Of a stretch of DNA of 64,000 bases, positions 9,647 to 19,168 are shown piece by piece. The position numbers and the translations under genes were made by a program. This DNA is from Flavobacteriales bacterium. Its GTDB lineage: Bacteria > Bacteroidota > Bacteroidia > Palsa-965. Within the stretch, counting starts at the first letter, position 1. The number at the start of each line of letters is the position of its first letter. A model generated the notes under the pieces. The model searched no databases, had not been told where the DNA came from, and saw only the letters and a list, made by a program, of their open reading frames with translations. Location of the stretch: the NCBI GenBank assembly GCA_040377305.1, contig JBEIPA010000019.1, positions 1 to 64,000 on the forward strand, written 5' to 3'.

Positions 9647-11377
9647 CTATCGCAAATTAAACTGAACCGGTATAACCACCCTGCTTCTCACCGATTCACC
9701 ATCAATCTGCCCCGGAACCTGAAGCGGAAACGCGTTCACAACGCGCAACGCCTCTTGTGTGAATTCCGGAGCGCCATTCACTTCCTGTACAGCGTGAAGG
9801 TCAGAGATCGATCCATCGCGCTCCACAATATAGCTCACGTAAACTGTGCCCTGCTTGTTAGAGAGCTGACGTGGGTGAACTAAATGTTCATTTAGAAACT
9901 TTTGCATAGCCACATCTCCTCCCGGAAACTGCGGATTTGCAATCGCTGCTGAGTGAACAGTATTTTCATCACTGGTATTAGACCGTGATGAAGTTTCATA
10001 ATGCGCTATTACTTCGTTCTGAAAAAATGAAGGGCGATTTTCTGCAATGCGTTTGTCAATTGCCGGACGACGGGCGAGCAACATATTGTTGTACATCTCC
10101 CCCGGATTCGCACTCTCTACAAGTTCGTTATAATGCGTTGTTCCAGGGCGCAACATTTTCCCATGCTCATTCCATGCTACAACGGAAGTTCTTGATCCGT
10201 CGTCCTCGTTGATGTATTCAACCATTTTATTACCATTCGCATACCAGCGCGTATACGGACCACGGATCGCTCCGTCTTCATAAGTGGTTACGGACATCTT
10301 GTTTCCATCCGTATAGTATGTGTACCATTCTCCGTATTTCTGATCGCCCAGAAAACGTCCGTACAAAAGTTTGATCCCTTTTTCATCCCACTCCGTGTAC
10401 TCCGAAGACTCAACCGAATATGATCCGATCGCATACACGCGTCGCGTTGCAACTACGCCATTATCGTGAAATGTTTTTGCCGAGTCCCGATAACCTGTAT
10501 TATACCAAGTGATCAGAATTACTTTACCATACCGATCGAAATCAGTCTTCGCACCGTGCAGATCACCGTTCTGATAGGTGATCGTTCTGAGCTTCTGATT
10601 ACAATCATAGTATGCGCACACTCCGTCGCGTTTGCCTTTTGCGAAATTTTCTTCGCACAACAAATGACCGTGTTCATCCCAACGTGTACTTAAACCGTCT
10701 GCTTCGCCATTCGCATAATGGATTTCTTCAACTTTCTTACCTCCCAAAAATGCAAAGTGCCATCCGTGCCGTTCTCCGGCAACATACTGATCGCTCGCAA
10801 CCGGAAAGGTGTCATTTGCATTGAGCGGTTCGGGGTACGTGAACCACGTTCCGGCACTCATTCCGTCCGTATACGATTCAATCGTGCGGATTCTTCCTCC
10901 CGGATACCACGCTTTGCGCGTAACAATCATGTCGTTTTTACACACCATCACTTCACGCAAATCGCCATTCGGAAACCAGGTTACTTGTCGCCCGTCAAGT
11001 TTTCCATCACTGAAGGTGTTTTCAGAAATCAATTTTCCATCTTCAGAATAGAATCTCCATACACCTTCTTTTAACCCGCGATCGTACTGTCCTTTAACAA
11101 CAATATCTTTCTTAGCATTAAATTCTGTGTAGCGCCCATTTAATGTGTCGTGCAAAAACGTCGCGGTGTGGTGCAGATGGCCTTGTTCGTCCCAAAACTT
11201 CCACATTCCCGTTCTCCCGGAATTGTCAACACGCCCACGTGATGATTTATCGCCGTTTTCGTACCGACAAGTTACTTTGCCCCATTTCTTCGATGCCTGT
11301 TGTGCGTTTAAAGATGAAACGCCAAAACAGATTATTACCAACAGCACCAGTCGATTTATTGTAGTATAGTTTTTCAT
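9647..11377 (-). CDS. Exported MORN-variant repeat protein with TonB C-terminal domain (paralog of 7742..9484)
   Basis: Same architecture; PQFPGG..VYVSYIVERDGSIS..PGQIDGESVRSRVVIPVQF. Confidence 0.85.
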   Translation of the reverse strand: MKNYTTINRLVLLVIICFGVSSLNAQQASKKWGKVTCRYENGDKSSRGRVDNSGRTGMWKFWDEQGHLHHTATFLHDTLNGRYTEFNAKKDIVVKGQYDRGLKEGVWRFYSEDGKLISENTFSDGKLDGRQVTWFPNGDLREVMVCKNDMIVTRKAWYPGGRIRTIESYTDGMSAGTWFTYPEPLNANDTFPVASDQYVAGERHGWHFAFLGGKKVEEIHYANGEADGLSTRWDEHGHLLCEENFAKGKRDGVCAYYDCNQKLRTITYQNGDLHGAKTDFDRYGKVILITWYNTGYRDSAKTFHDNGVVATRRVYAIGSYSVESSEYTEWDEKGIKLLYGRFLGDQKYGEWYTYYTDGNKMSVTTYEDGAIRGPYTRWYANGNKMVEYINEDDGSRTSVVAWNEHGKMLRPGTTHYNELVESANPGEMYNNMLLARRPAIDKRIAENRPSFFQNEVIAHYETSSRSNTSDENTVHSAAIANPQFPGGDVAMQKFLNEHLVHPRQLSNKQGTVYVSYIVERDGSISDLHAVQEVNGAPEFTQEALRVVNAFPLQVPGQIDGESVRSRVVIPVQFNLR

Positions 11378-11434
11378 GTTGATAGATTTTTCTCTGAATA
11401 GTATTCTGAAATTTCTGTGCCAACAGGAAGTCTT

Positions 11435-11503
11435 AAGTAGCTAAGCCTTTAAGTAGGCAAGTCAACCTACTTGCCTACTTAAGAACTTACAGGCTTACTA
11501 CTT
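11435..11503. repeat. Palindromic element between divergent genes
   Basis: Perfect 14-bp IR TTAAGTAGGCAAGT/ACTTGCCTACTTAA (11449-11482) inside an imperfect outer IR. Confidence 0.75.
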
Positions 11504-11583
11504 CTTCGATAGTGGAACAATATTTGAATACACTTATCAGATTCTAATCGACGATTACGCTGATGTTGCCTATTTTTATCCGG

Positions 11584-13314
11584 ATGAAGAATTTGAGCCT
11601 GATATTTTGTGCTTTGTTCATAACACCCCTGTTTGGACAACCGTTCCCGAAAGATTATTTCAAGTCACCGATGGATCTTACCATCAAGCTGGCGGGAAAT
11701 TTCGGTGAGTTGCGTCCTAATCACTTTCATGCGGGCATTGATATCACAACATCCGGTGTGGAAAATCTTCCGGTGCGTGCTGCCGCAGATGGTTACGTTT
11801 CCCGAATCAAGATTTCTCCATGGGGTTACGGCAAAGCGGTGTACGTAACTCATCCAAACGGATACACCACAGTTTACGGTCACTTGAATGCTTACAACAC
11901 AGCGATCGGCGACTGGGCAGAGAATCAACAGTACATCGCAGAAAAATTCGAAGTGGATTTATATCCGAAACCCAATGAATTGCCAGTGAAACAAGGAGAG
12001 CAGATTGGTTATTCCGGAAACACGGGAAGTTCGGGTGGTCCACACTTGCATTTTGAAGTACGCGATGCGAAAACAGAAGAGGCGCTCAATCCCTTATTGT
12101 TCGGATTTCCTGTTCAGGATAACGTTGCTCCCGTTCCGGTTACACTTGCGGTGTATGCCGCCGGTGAAGGTTCATACGTGAATGGCAAGAATGGAGTGAA
12201 GAAAATTACGCTCGTGAAATCCGGCAACAAGTATGTGTTAGCGAATGCATCTGATAGTATTCTTGCTTATGGCGACATCGGTTTCGGTTTGGATGCATAC
12301 GATAAAGAAACGATAGCACACGGTAAAAATGGCGTCTATGCGATGAAGCTCCTCGCCGGAGGAAAAACAATTTACAGTCACACACTCGATCGCATTCCGT
12401 TTGAAGATTCCAGATACATCAATTGTTTTGTCGATTACGAAGAACACGAGCGTACCGGAAAATATTTTCAGCTCAGCTATCTCGCACCGAACAATGAATT
12501 GCCCGTGTATGATTCCGTTGTGAATCGCGGCTATGTGACTATGAATGACGGAAAGTATCGTTGGTTCACGTATGAGATAACGGATGTTTTCGGGAATAAA
12601 TCGAAAGTGGAATTCAAAGTGAAAGCGCTCACGAAAAATCCGGAAGTGAAAGCGGGCGCTCAAATAGTGATGCCCTACACGCAGATGCTCGTCTGGAACA
12701 GCACTAACAAAATCGAAGAACAGGAATTCACGTTCGAAACACCTATAAAAGCTGTATATCGGAATGTGAACTTCAAGTGGACATCTGCGAAAGCTACAGG
12801 TTCCCGTGTCTCTCCAACGATTAGCATCAATGATCATTTCACCGCGTTGCATAAAGCATGCACGTTAACGGTGAACATGCCGTCAAATACTGCATCATCT
12901 GATAAACTGGTGATGTGCCGTGAGAAACCGAAGGGTGGAACTGCGGTTGTAGATGGAAAATGGAATGGACAAGGAATGACGGCCGAGATCAAAGACTTCG
13001 GAAAATACTTTGTGATGCGCGACACGACTGCGCCAACCGTGAAGCCGATGAACTTCGACAAGAACGGAAAAGTGGATTCCGTTTTCACTTCAATGAAATG
13101 GATCCAGTTTAAGATTGGCGATAACCTATCGGGTATAAAAACCTATCGCGGCACTATTGATGGCAAGTGGGTGCTATTCGAATACGAACCGAAGAAAGAC
13201 CGCTTGCAGTACACGTTTGATGAGCACTGCGGAAAAGGGAAGCATGAATTGGTAATGGTGGTGACGGATGCTGTGGGGAACGAAAAAGTGTTCACACGCA
13301 GGTTCACTCGTTAA
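11584..13314 (+). CDS. M23 family metallopeptidase
   Basis: HAGID, YGHL and HLHFEVR zinc motifs; signal peptide from MKNLS. Confidence 0.92.
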   Translation: MKNLSLIFCALFITPLFGQPFPKDYFKSPMDLTIKLAGNFGELRPNHFHAGIDITTSGVENLPVRAAADGYVSRIKISPWGYGKAVYVTHPNGYTTVYGHLNAYNTAIGDWAENQQYIAEKFEVDLYPKPNELPVKQGEQIGYSGNTGSSGGPHLHFEVRDAKTEEALNPLLFGFPVQDNVAPVPVTLAVYAAGEGSYVNGKNGVKKITLVKSGNKYVLANASDSILAYGDIGFGLDAYDKETIAHGKNGVYAMKLLAGGKTIYSHTLDRIPFEDSRYINCFVDYEEHERTGKYFQLSYLAPNNELPVYDSVVNRGYVTMNDGKYRWFTYEITDVFGNKSKVEFKVKALTKNPEVKAGAQIVMPYTQMLVWNSTNKIEEQEFTFETPIKAVYRNVNFKWTSAKATGSRVSPTISINDHFTALHKACTLTVNMPSNTASSDKLVMCREKPKGGTAVVDGKWNGQGMTAEIKDFGKYFVMRDTTAPTVKPMNFDKNGKVDSVFTSMKWIQFKIGDNLSGIKTYRGTIDGKWVLFEYEPKKDRLQYTFDEHCGKGKHELVMVVTDAVGNEKVFTRRFTR

Positions 13315-13377
13315 ATTAGTGCATTTGCACCATTGCCACAGCATTATCGGAACTCTACGTTTGCATAAAACACCTGC

Positions 13378-14091
13378 ATGCGTACGACTTCCGGTCTGTT
13401 CATTTTCCTCCTTATATCCGGCCTTCTCTTCTCCAGGTCGCTCACCGCGCAAAGGGGCTTTGGCGTCGGATATGGTGCCTGCTGGTTTGTTCCAGGACTA
13501 GGTACCGTACAGGCTGCCGTAACAAATTTTACAGAGAGTGCCACGGCACAGCAGCAGTTCGGTGATCTGGTGGAAAAAGATCTACTCATCAATCTGCATC
13601 ATGGGCCTGTCGTCGGTTACTACAGTACCAAAAAGAAAACCGGATTCAGCATTCACTTCTCCAGCCTACGAAATAAATATCTCGCTGTCCGTGAATCTCC
13701 GCAATCAGGCAAAACCTATTACGGAATTAAGATGACCTACAATCAGTTGGCGTTTGGTCTGAACCGCAACCTTAGCGGCAACAGCACGGGCAACAGGGTA
13801 GGTTTCGAAGCGACTATCGGCTTCTACCGTATTTATGCGAGATATGGTTCCGAAGAAGTGTACAACAAAGGGTGGAGTAAGAGCAACTCGGTAAAAATTT
13901 TCAATATCGGATGCAACCTATATGCACAGATTTACACCGGGCCACGTTTAATGTTTCGTCCATATTATCATTTCGTTCTTCTGAACGGACAAACTGGCGA
14001 TGTGAATGCGTATGGCCTTCCACCAAACGCAATCGTCAACCCGGCACACGTCGGACTTCAACTCGTATTTCAGTTCCGTAAACGCTTTTAA
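13378..14091 (+). CDS. Hypothetical outer-membrane beta-barrel protein
   Basis: Signal peptide, alternating aromatic/Gly beta strands, C-terminal Phe. Confidence 0.6.
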   Translation: MRTTSGLFIFLLISGLLFSRSLTAQRGFGVGYGACWFVPGLGTVQAAVTNFTESATAQQQFGDLVEKDLLINLHHGPVVGYYSTKKKTGFSIHFSSLRNKYLAVRESPQSGKTYYGIKMTYNQLAFGLNRNLSGNSTGNRVGFEATIGFYRIYARYGSEEVYNKGWSKSNSVKIFNIGCNLYAQIYTGPRLMFRPYYHFVLLNGQTGDVNAYGLPPNAIVNPAHVGLQLVFQFRKRF

Positions 14092-14092
14092 G

Positions 14093-14884
14093 ATGATCAA
14101 GGTAAAGTACTCGTTGATGTTGCTATTGCTGCTTGCTGTTGTTCAGGTATATGGACAAGCCAGTCAGAATCTCAGTGTTGGATATAACGTTGGGGCTTTC
14201 AAAGCTACCTCGATCAACAACTTTATCCGGAGTTACAACGATGTAAATGAGATGGGCAAAGATGGATTGTCTGAGGTTCGGTTTCTGCAAGGCATTTCCG
14301 TTGGGTACCAATTACGCATCAATCGCATATACGGAGAAATCACGTATACCAAAAGTTTCTTCGGTACCAGTGCCAATCTGGATTTTGATGAGAAGCGTAA
14401 AATGAAAATGCGCAATAATGAAATCGGCATTCTGGGTGGTGGAATTATTGGAAGCGGAGATTTCAAGGTGAACATAGGTGTGGGTGCGGTAGGTATGAAC
14501 TCAACGATTCACTTCTTCGTCAGGCAGCGCGATGGAAGCAACAGTTATGGCAATGAACGTCTGTTAAACGGAAGTTACAATGCTCTGGCTTTCCTTGGAA
14601 CTGTAAAAGTTGTAGCGGTGAAACAGATCAGTGAACGTATGTCAGTTTACGGCGGCATCCAATTCGTTGGTGCTGTACGTGGAACTTCCTTCGCATACAA
14701 CGATGATAACATTGCAAAAGGTGCATTTAGTTCTGCAAACAAAGGGGCCTACCAATTGCCTGAAGACTACGAAGACTGGCTTGCGATTGGTTCTGAAGAA
14801 TACTCGCTGCAGTATAAACCCTTTGTGGAACCAAGATACACCGGACTCGTTTTCCACACGGGCGTACGTTACACCTTCCAATAA
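14093..14884 (+). CDS. Hypothetical outer-membrane beta-barrel protein
   Basis: Start at ATG 14093, just after the upstream stop; signal peptide; ends GVRYTFQ (beta-signal). Confidence 0.65.
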   Translation: MIKVKYSLMLLLLLAVVQVYGQASQNLSVGYNVGAFKATSINNFIRSYNDVNEMGKDGLSEVRFLQGISVGYQLRINRIYGEITYTKSFFGTSANLDFDEKRKMKMRNNEIGILGGGIIGSGDFKVNIGVGAVGMNSTIHFFVRQRDGSNSYGNERLLNGSYNALAFLGTVKVVAVKQISERMSVYGGIQFVGAVRGTSFAYNDDNIAKGAFSSANKGAYQLPEDYEDWLAIGSEEYSLQYKPFVEPRYTGLVFHTGVRYTFQ

Positions 14885-14887
14885 TTC

Positions 14888-15394
14888 ATGAATATGAAAA
14901 TCCACCACTGCGCTCCTATACTTCTCTTGATCCTCGCCATATCGTGCAGGAAAGAAGATACGCGTGTTGCAAGATTCTCCGGTACGTGGAAAATCACACA
15001 GATCATTACTACCGTTTATAACGGAGCAGAACTGATGAGTGAGTCGACAATCGACTATGACGGAACGCTGTATCTGACCGAAGACGGAAACTCCTTCGCG
15101 AATAACGCGGTGTGGATTGAGCTGGATAGCACGGCAACACAGCAACCGTTTTTTGCCAACGAATTACAGAACTATACGCTGGCAGAATTGATGTTCAGTG
15201 CCGGATGGAATATCGGTCCACATGACAATAAACGCCTCTCGTTCGTCAAACAAAACCCGGATGGAATCACAGAAAGTGCCACAACGTTAACCATGGACCG
15301 CAATGCACTGGGAAAAGTAATATCATGGCAACACAATCGCTTCGGACCTGGTGATACGCTTATTTGCGAAAAATACATGGTGAAACAGAGATAG
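14888..15394 (+). CDS. Hypothetical lipoprotein (lipocalin-like)
   Basis: Lipobox LAISC followed by GTWKI. Confidence 0.65.
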   Translation: MNMKIHHCAPILLLILAISCRKEDTRVARFSGTWKITQIITTVYNGAELMSESTIDYDGTLYLTEDGNSFANNAVWIELDSTATQQPFFANELQNYTLAELMFSAGWNIGPHDNKRLSFVKQNPDGITESATTLTMDRNALGKVISWQHNRFGPGDTLICEKYMVKQR

Positions 15395-15454
15395 CGCTCA
15401 AGCCAATTTGCGAACCCGTTCTGTTTTATCGTTCTTTGAATAAGCCCCATTTTC

Positions 15455-18454
15455 GTGAAGAAACTAATCCTCCTGCTCTTCAGCATGGCAGATGTGTTCT
15501 GCCTGTTAGCTCAACCGCCATCCACGTTTGTGAGATATACAGTTGACGATGGATTACCTCAGAATTCTATTTGGCAGTTGTTTCAGGACAGAAGAGGTTT
15601 CATCTGGAGTGCTACCTCAGATGGTCTAGCTCGCTTTGACGGTCAACGGTTCAATGTGTACAAGCACCAGATCGGCAATCAAAATTCGCTTTCTGATAAT
15701 GGATTTACGAAAATGGTTGAAGATCGATATGGTTATATCTGGATTGGTACAAGCGCGGGTGTAGACCGATATGATCCCTTTACGGATAAGATCACGCGGA
15801 TGTATTCCGAAGGTGTAGGATTAAATCACATTCCTCTAGATTGCAGTGAAACAAACGAAATGTGGGTGTGGATAAATACAAAGGGGTTTGCAGTTCTCGA
15901 TTTGCTCACCGGAAAAATCAAGAAATCAATTCCTGCTGCTTCTATCCTGCCCGTACTGTCCGTTGAAAATTGTCCGCAAATCGAAAAAGACATTGATGGT
16001 AATATCTGGATGATTGTCGACCAAACAGGACTGCTGCGCTGGAGTCGCACGGCGAATACCTGTGAAAATGTAATGCCAGGCATAAAATTGTATGGCAGAC
16101 ACACTGTACTTCAAATGGAAAACGACACACTATGGGTGGGCGCTGCAGAATCTGAGAATACACTGACGTGCATTAATGTCCGAAACAAAAATGTATTGCG
16201 CTCGTTCAGTTTGACTTCTGCAGATGGTGAGATTCTTCGTGCGACTGCTTTACTGAGAAATGAATCCGGCTGGATCGTTGGTACACTAAACGGTGGGATT
16301 GTCACCTGCAAATCTGATTTTTCGTCTCGCACATTCATGTCGTTGACTTCCGGTATTCAGTGGTACTCCTTGCTGATTGACCATAACGGTATACTTTGGG
16401 CAGGTTCAGATGGTACCGGTGTACACAAACAGAACGGCGCAATGAAAGCGTTTTATACCATGAGGAGAAACAACGCTGAGCCTTACCTCGTCAAGAACAT
16501 ATTCACTTCCGATTCTCTTGTCTACACCTGCGTTTACCATTATGGTATTGACGTATTCGCTCCGAACGGCAGCTATCTCAAATCGCTACACGCTGGAAGT
16601 AACGGAAGTGGAAAATTTCGTTTTATTTCTGCCAGCACGCAGGATGATGATGTTCACTATTGGCTGATGGGCGACTCCTGCTTCGGAAGGTTCAGTGTTT
16701 CAGATCATTCATTCACAGATTATCTGGACTCAGTAAGAGGTATCGTACCGGATATCACAATCATTCCTCACCTTTCTGCGCTATGCAAAACGAGTGACCA
16801 AACACTATATGCCGGTTTCGGAAATCAACTTGTGGCATTGAGAAAAAACGGTGCGACCCAAATAGAGTTGGTGCACCGTTTTGAAAATAGCAACATCAGT
16901 GCGCTTGTTGAACTCTCATCAGATGAGCTATTGGTGGGAACCTATCATGGATTATGGTTGAAGGACAAAAGTAACGGCAACTGGGTTCAGCAAAAGAACA
17001 TTGGAGATTTGCATGTAAAATCTCTATGCGTTGATGCAGATGGCAGATTGTGGGTCGGTACGATCAGTGGTCTGTTTCAGATTAATCTCCAGTCAGAAAG
17101 TGTCGAACTGTTTGATGAAGCCGACGGACTTCCGAACAGTTTCATTTACGGAATCATGAAGGACGAAAAAGGAGCATTGTGGTTTAGTCACAACAAAGGC
17201 TTATCAAAAGTCGATCCACGCACCCACGCCTTCGTTCATTACAACACGACACATGGTTTGCAATCGAACGAATTCAATACTGGTGCGTATCATCAGGCGA
17301 AAGACGGCCGACTTTTTTTTGGTGGTATTAACGGCACAAATGGATTTATGCCTGATGAGATCAGTGTACGTCCACAGATATCTGCAGTTTACTTGTCGTC
17401 AATCCGTCTTTTTGATGAACCCATTTCCAGCGACACTTCAGCATGGGCACTGAAATCACTTTTACTTTCCTACGAACAGAATACGCTCTCATTCGATTTC
17501 ACATCGTCGGATTACGCTGCACCTGAACTGAATTTGTTCAGTTGGAAAATGGAAGGTATTGATGAAAAGTGGTCAGGTGTTACGTCAAGATCTTATTGTC
17601 GCTATCCCAACCTGCCTCCCGGGCACTATCATTTGCTTGTTAAAACTGCCAACTGCGATGGAGTTTGGGGCGAGCCAACAGAAGTATTGGCAATATATAT
17701 CGCTCCACCCTGGTGGACGACGTGGTGGTTTCTTACGACACTCTTTGCATCCGGTACAATTCTGATAGCAGGTTTCACCTATTACCTGCTTTCCTTACAG
17801 CGCAAACGCCATCTCCGGGAAATTCACACACAAGAGAGAATTCATTCTGAACGGGAACGAATTTCCCGCGACCTTCATGATAACGTAGGTGCACAACTCG
17901 CATTGATACTTTCGCAGATCGAATGGTTGAAAAAAACGAATCAACCTCACTCCGATTCCATACACCCGTTAGATGAACTCAGTACCACGGCAAAAGATAC
18001 CATCCGCAAGCTGCGTGAAAGTATATGGGCCGTTCAAAGAGATACGATTCCAATCGACGAATTCTCTGACAAGTTCAAAGCGTATGCGATGGATCAGATT
18101 CGTTACCAGCCGGATATCCGGATTACATTCAGTGAAACATTTGCAAAAATTACAACACTCACGCCGACAATTACACTGAACATTTTCTCCATCTGCCAGG
18201 AAGCTCTTACGAACGCACTTAAACATGCGAATGCCATTGAAATAAAAATAAACTTCAGCTCCGGAAATGGAAACACCTTCCTCTTCGAAATGAGCGATGA
18301 CGGTAAAGGATATGATCAGAATCAGAAGTCAGATGGAAACGGTCTTCGCAACATCAGGTACAGAGCGTCGCAGGCCGGAGCAGAAATAACAATCACATCA
18401 GCACCGGGTAAGGGTACACAAATTCGCCTGGTAATCCCGGAAAAAAAACATTAA
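15455..18454 (+). CDS. Sensor histidine kinase (Reg_prop propellers + Y_Y_Y + HisKA_3)
   Basis: DDGLPQNSI, GLQSNEFN, YPNLPPGHY, PPWWTTWWF-TM, ERERISRDLHDNVG, DDGKG, GKGT. Confidence 0.93.
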   Translation: MKKLILLLFSMADVFCLLAQPPSTFVRYTVDDGLPQNSIWQLFQDRRGFIWSATSDGLARFDGQRFNVYKHQIGNQNSLSDNGFTKMVEDRYGYIWIGTSAGVDRYDPFTDKITRMYSEGVGLNHIPLDCSETNEMWVWINTKGFAVLDLLTGKIKKSIPAASILPVLSVENCPQIEKDIDGNIWMIVDQTGLLRWSRTANTCENVMPGIKLYGRHTVLQMENDTLWVGAAESENTLTCINVRNKNVLRSFSLTSADGEILRATALLRNESGWIVGTLNGGIVTCKSDFSSRTFMSLTSGIQWYSLLIDHNGILWAGSDGTGVHKQNGAMKAFYTMRRNNAEPYLVKNIFTSDSLVYTCVYHYGIDVFAPNGSYLKSLHAGSNGSGKFRFISASTQDDDVHYWLMGDSCFGRFSVSDHSFTDYLDSVRGIVPDITIIPHLSALCKTSDQTLYAGFGNQLVALRKNGATQIELVHRFENSNISALVELSSDELLVGTYHGLWLKDKSNGNWVQQKNIGDLHVKSLCVDADGRLWVGTISGLFQINLQSESVELFDEADGLPNSFIYGIMKDEKGALWFSHNKGLSKVDPRTHAFVHYNTTHGLQSNEFNTGAYHQAKDGRLFFGGINGTNGFMPDEISVRPQISAVYLSSIRLFDEPISSDTSAWALKSLLLSYEQNTLSFDFTSSDYAAPELNLFSWKMEGIDEKWSGVTSRSYCRYPNLPPGHYHLLVKTANCDGVWGEPTEVLAIYIAPPWWTTWWFLTTLFASGTILIAGFTYYLLSLQRKRHLREIHTQERIHSERERISRDLHDNVGAQLALILSQIEWLKKTNQPHSDSIHPLDELSTTAKDTIRKLRESIWAVQRDTIPIDEFSDKFKAYAMDQIRYQPDIRITFSETFAKITTLTPTITLNIFSICQEALTNALKHANAIEIKINFSSGNGNTFLFEMSDDGKGYDQNQKSDGNGLRNIRYRASQAGAEITITSAPGKGTQIRLVIPEKKH

Positions 18455-18458
18455 ACAC

Positions 18459-19127
18459 ATGCCATTAACAATAGCAATTGTTGACGACAAGGCCGTGATA
18501 CGACGGAGCATGGAACAGAAGCTATGCGACGGAGTAAAAGTTAAACTTGCACTCACAGCTGGAGATGGAGATGAATTTCTAAAAAAGATGAAAGCACTTC
18601 CGATTGCTCAACATCCGCAAGTAGTGCTGATGGATATTGATATGCCGGTGATGAACGGAATTGAAACGGTGGCTGTCGCGTCTGTGCTTTATCCGGCGAC
18701 CCGTTTTCTGATGCTGACCGTATTCGACGATGATGAAAAAATATTTAACGCTGTCAAATCCGGAGCTTCAGGTTATCTGCTTAAAGAAGAGGATGCAACT
18801 ACAATTCTTGAAGCGTTGTACCAGGTGGTTGAGGGTGGCGGTGCACCAATGTCTCCGCGCATTGCCAGAAAGACACTGAGTCTGCTTATGAAATCTGATC
18901 TGCCCAAGAGCAGCGCTGAAGGTGATCCAAACAGTGATCCTTTGTCACCGCGGGAAAAAGAAATTCTGCAAAGGCTAATTGACGGATACAATTACAAACG
19001 CATCGCTGAAGAACTATTCATCAGTCCCAACACTGTTCGCAACCACATGGCCAACATTTACGAAAAACTACATGTGCGTTCTAAAGTGGAAGCAGTAAAG
19101 ATTGGAATCAGGAAAAAGTGGTTCTGA
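18459..19127 (+). CDS. NarL/LuxR-family response regulator
   Basis: LMDIDMP, GASGYLLK, LSPREKEIL..ISPNTVRNHMANIYEKL. Confidence 0.95.
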   Translation: MPLTIAIVDDKAVIRRSMEQKLCDGVKVKLALTAGDGDEFLKKMKALPIAQHPQVVLMDIDMPVMNGIETVAVASVLYPATRFLMLTVFDDDEKIFNAVKSGASGYLLKEEDATTILEALYQVVEGGGAPMSPRIARKTLSLLMKSDLPKSSAEGDPNSDPLSPREKEILQRLIDGYNYKRIAEELFISPNTVRNHMANIYEKLHVRSKVEAVKIGIRKKWF

Positions 19128-19168
19128 TCAGGAGAATGCTACTATCTTAATCACGGAAACTCCCTTGA

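Noticed and set aside
7742-11377. YwqK-type toxin-antitoxin system
   Set aside because: MORN-variant repeats attract this label, but these proteins are exported TonB_C fusions with no toxin neighbour
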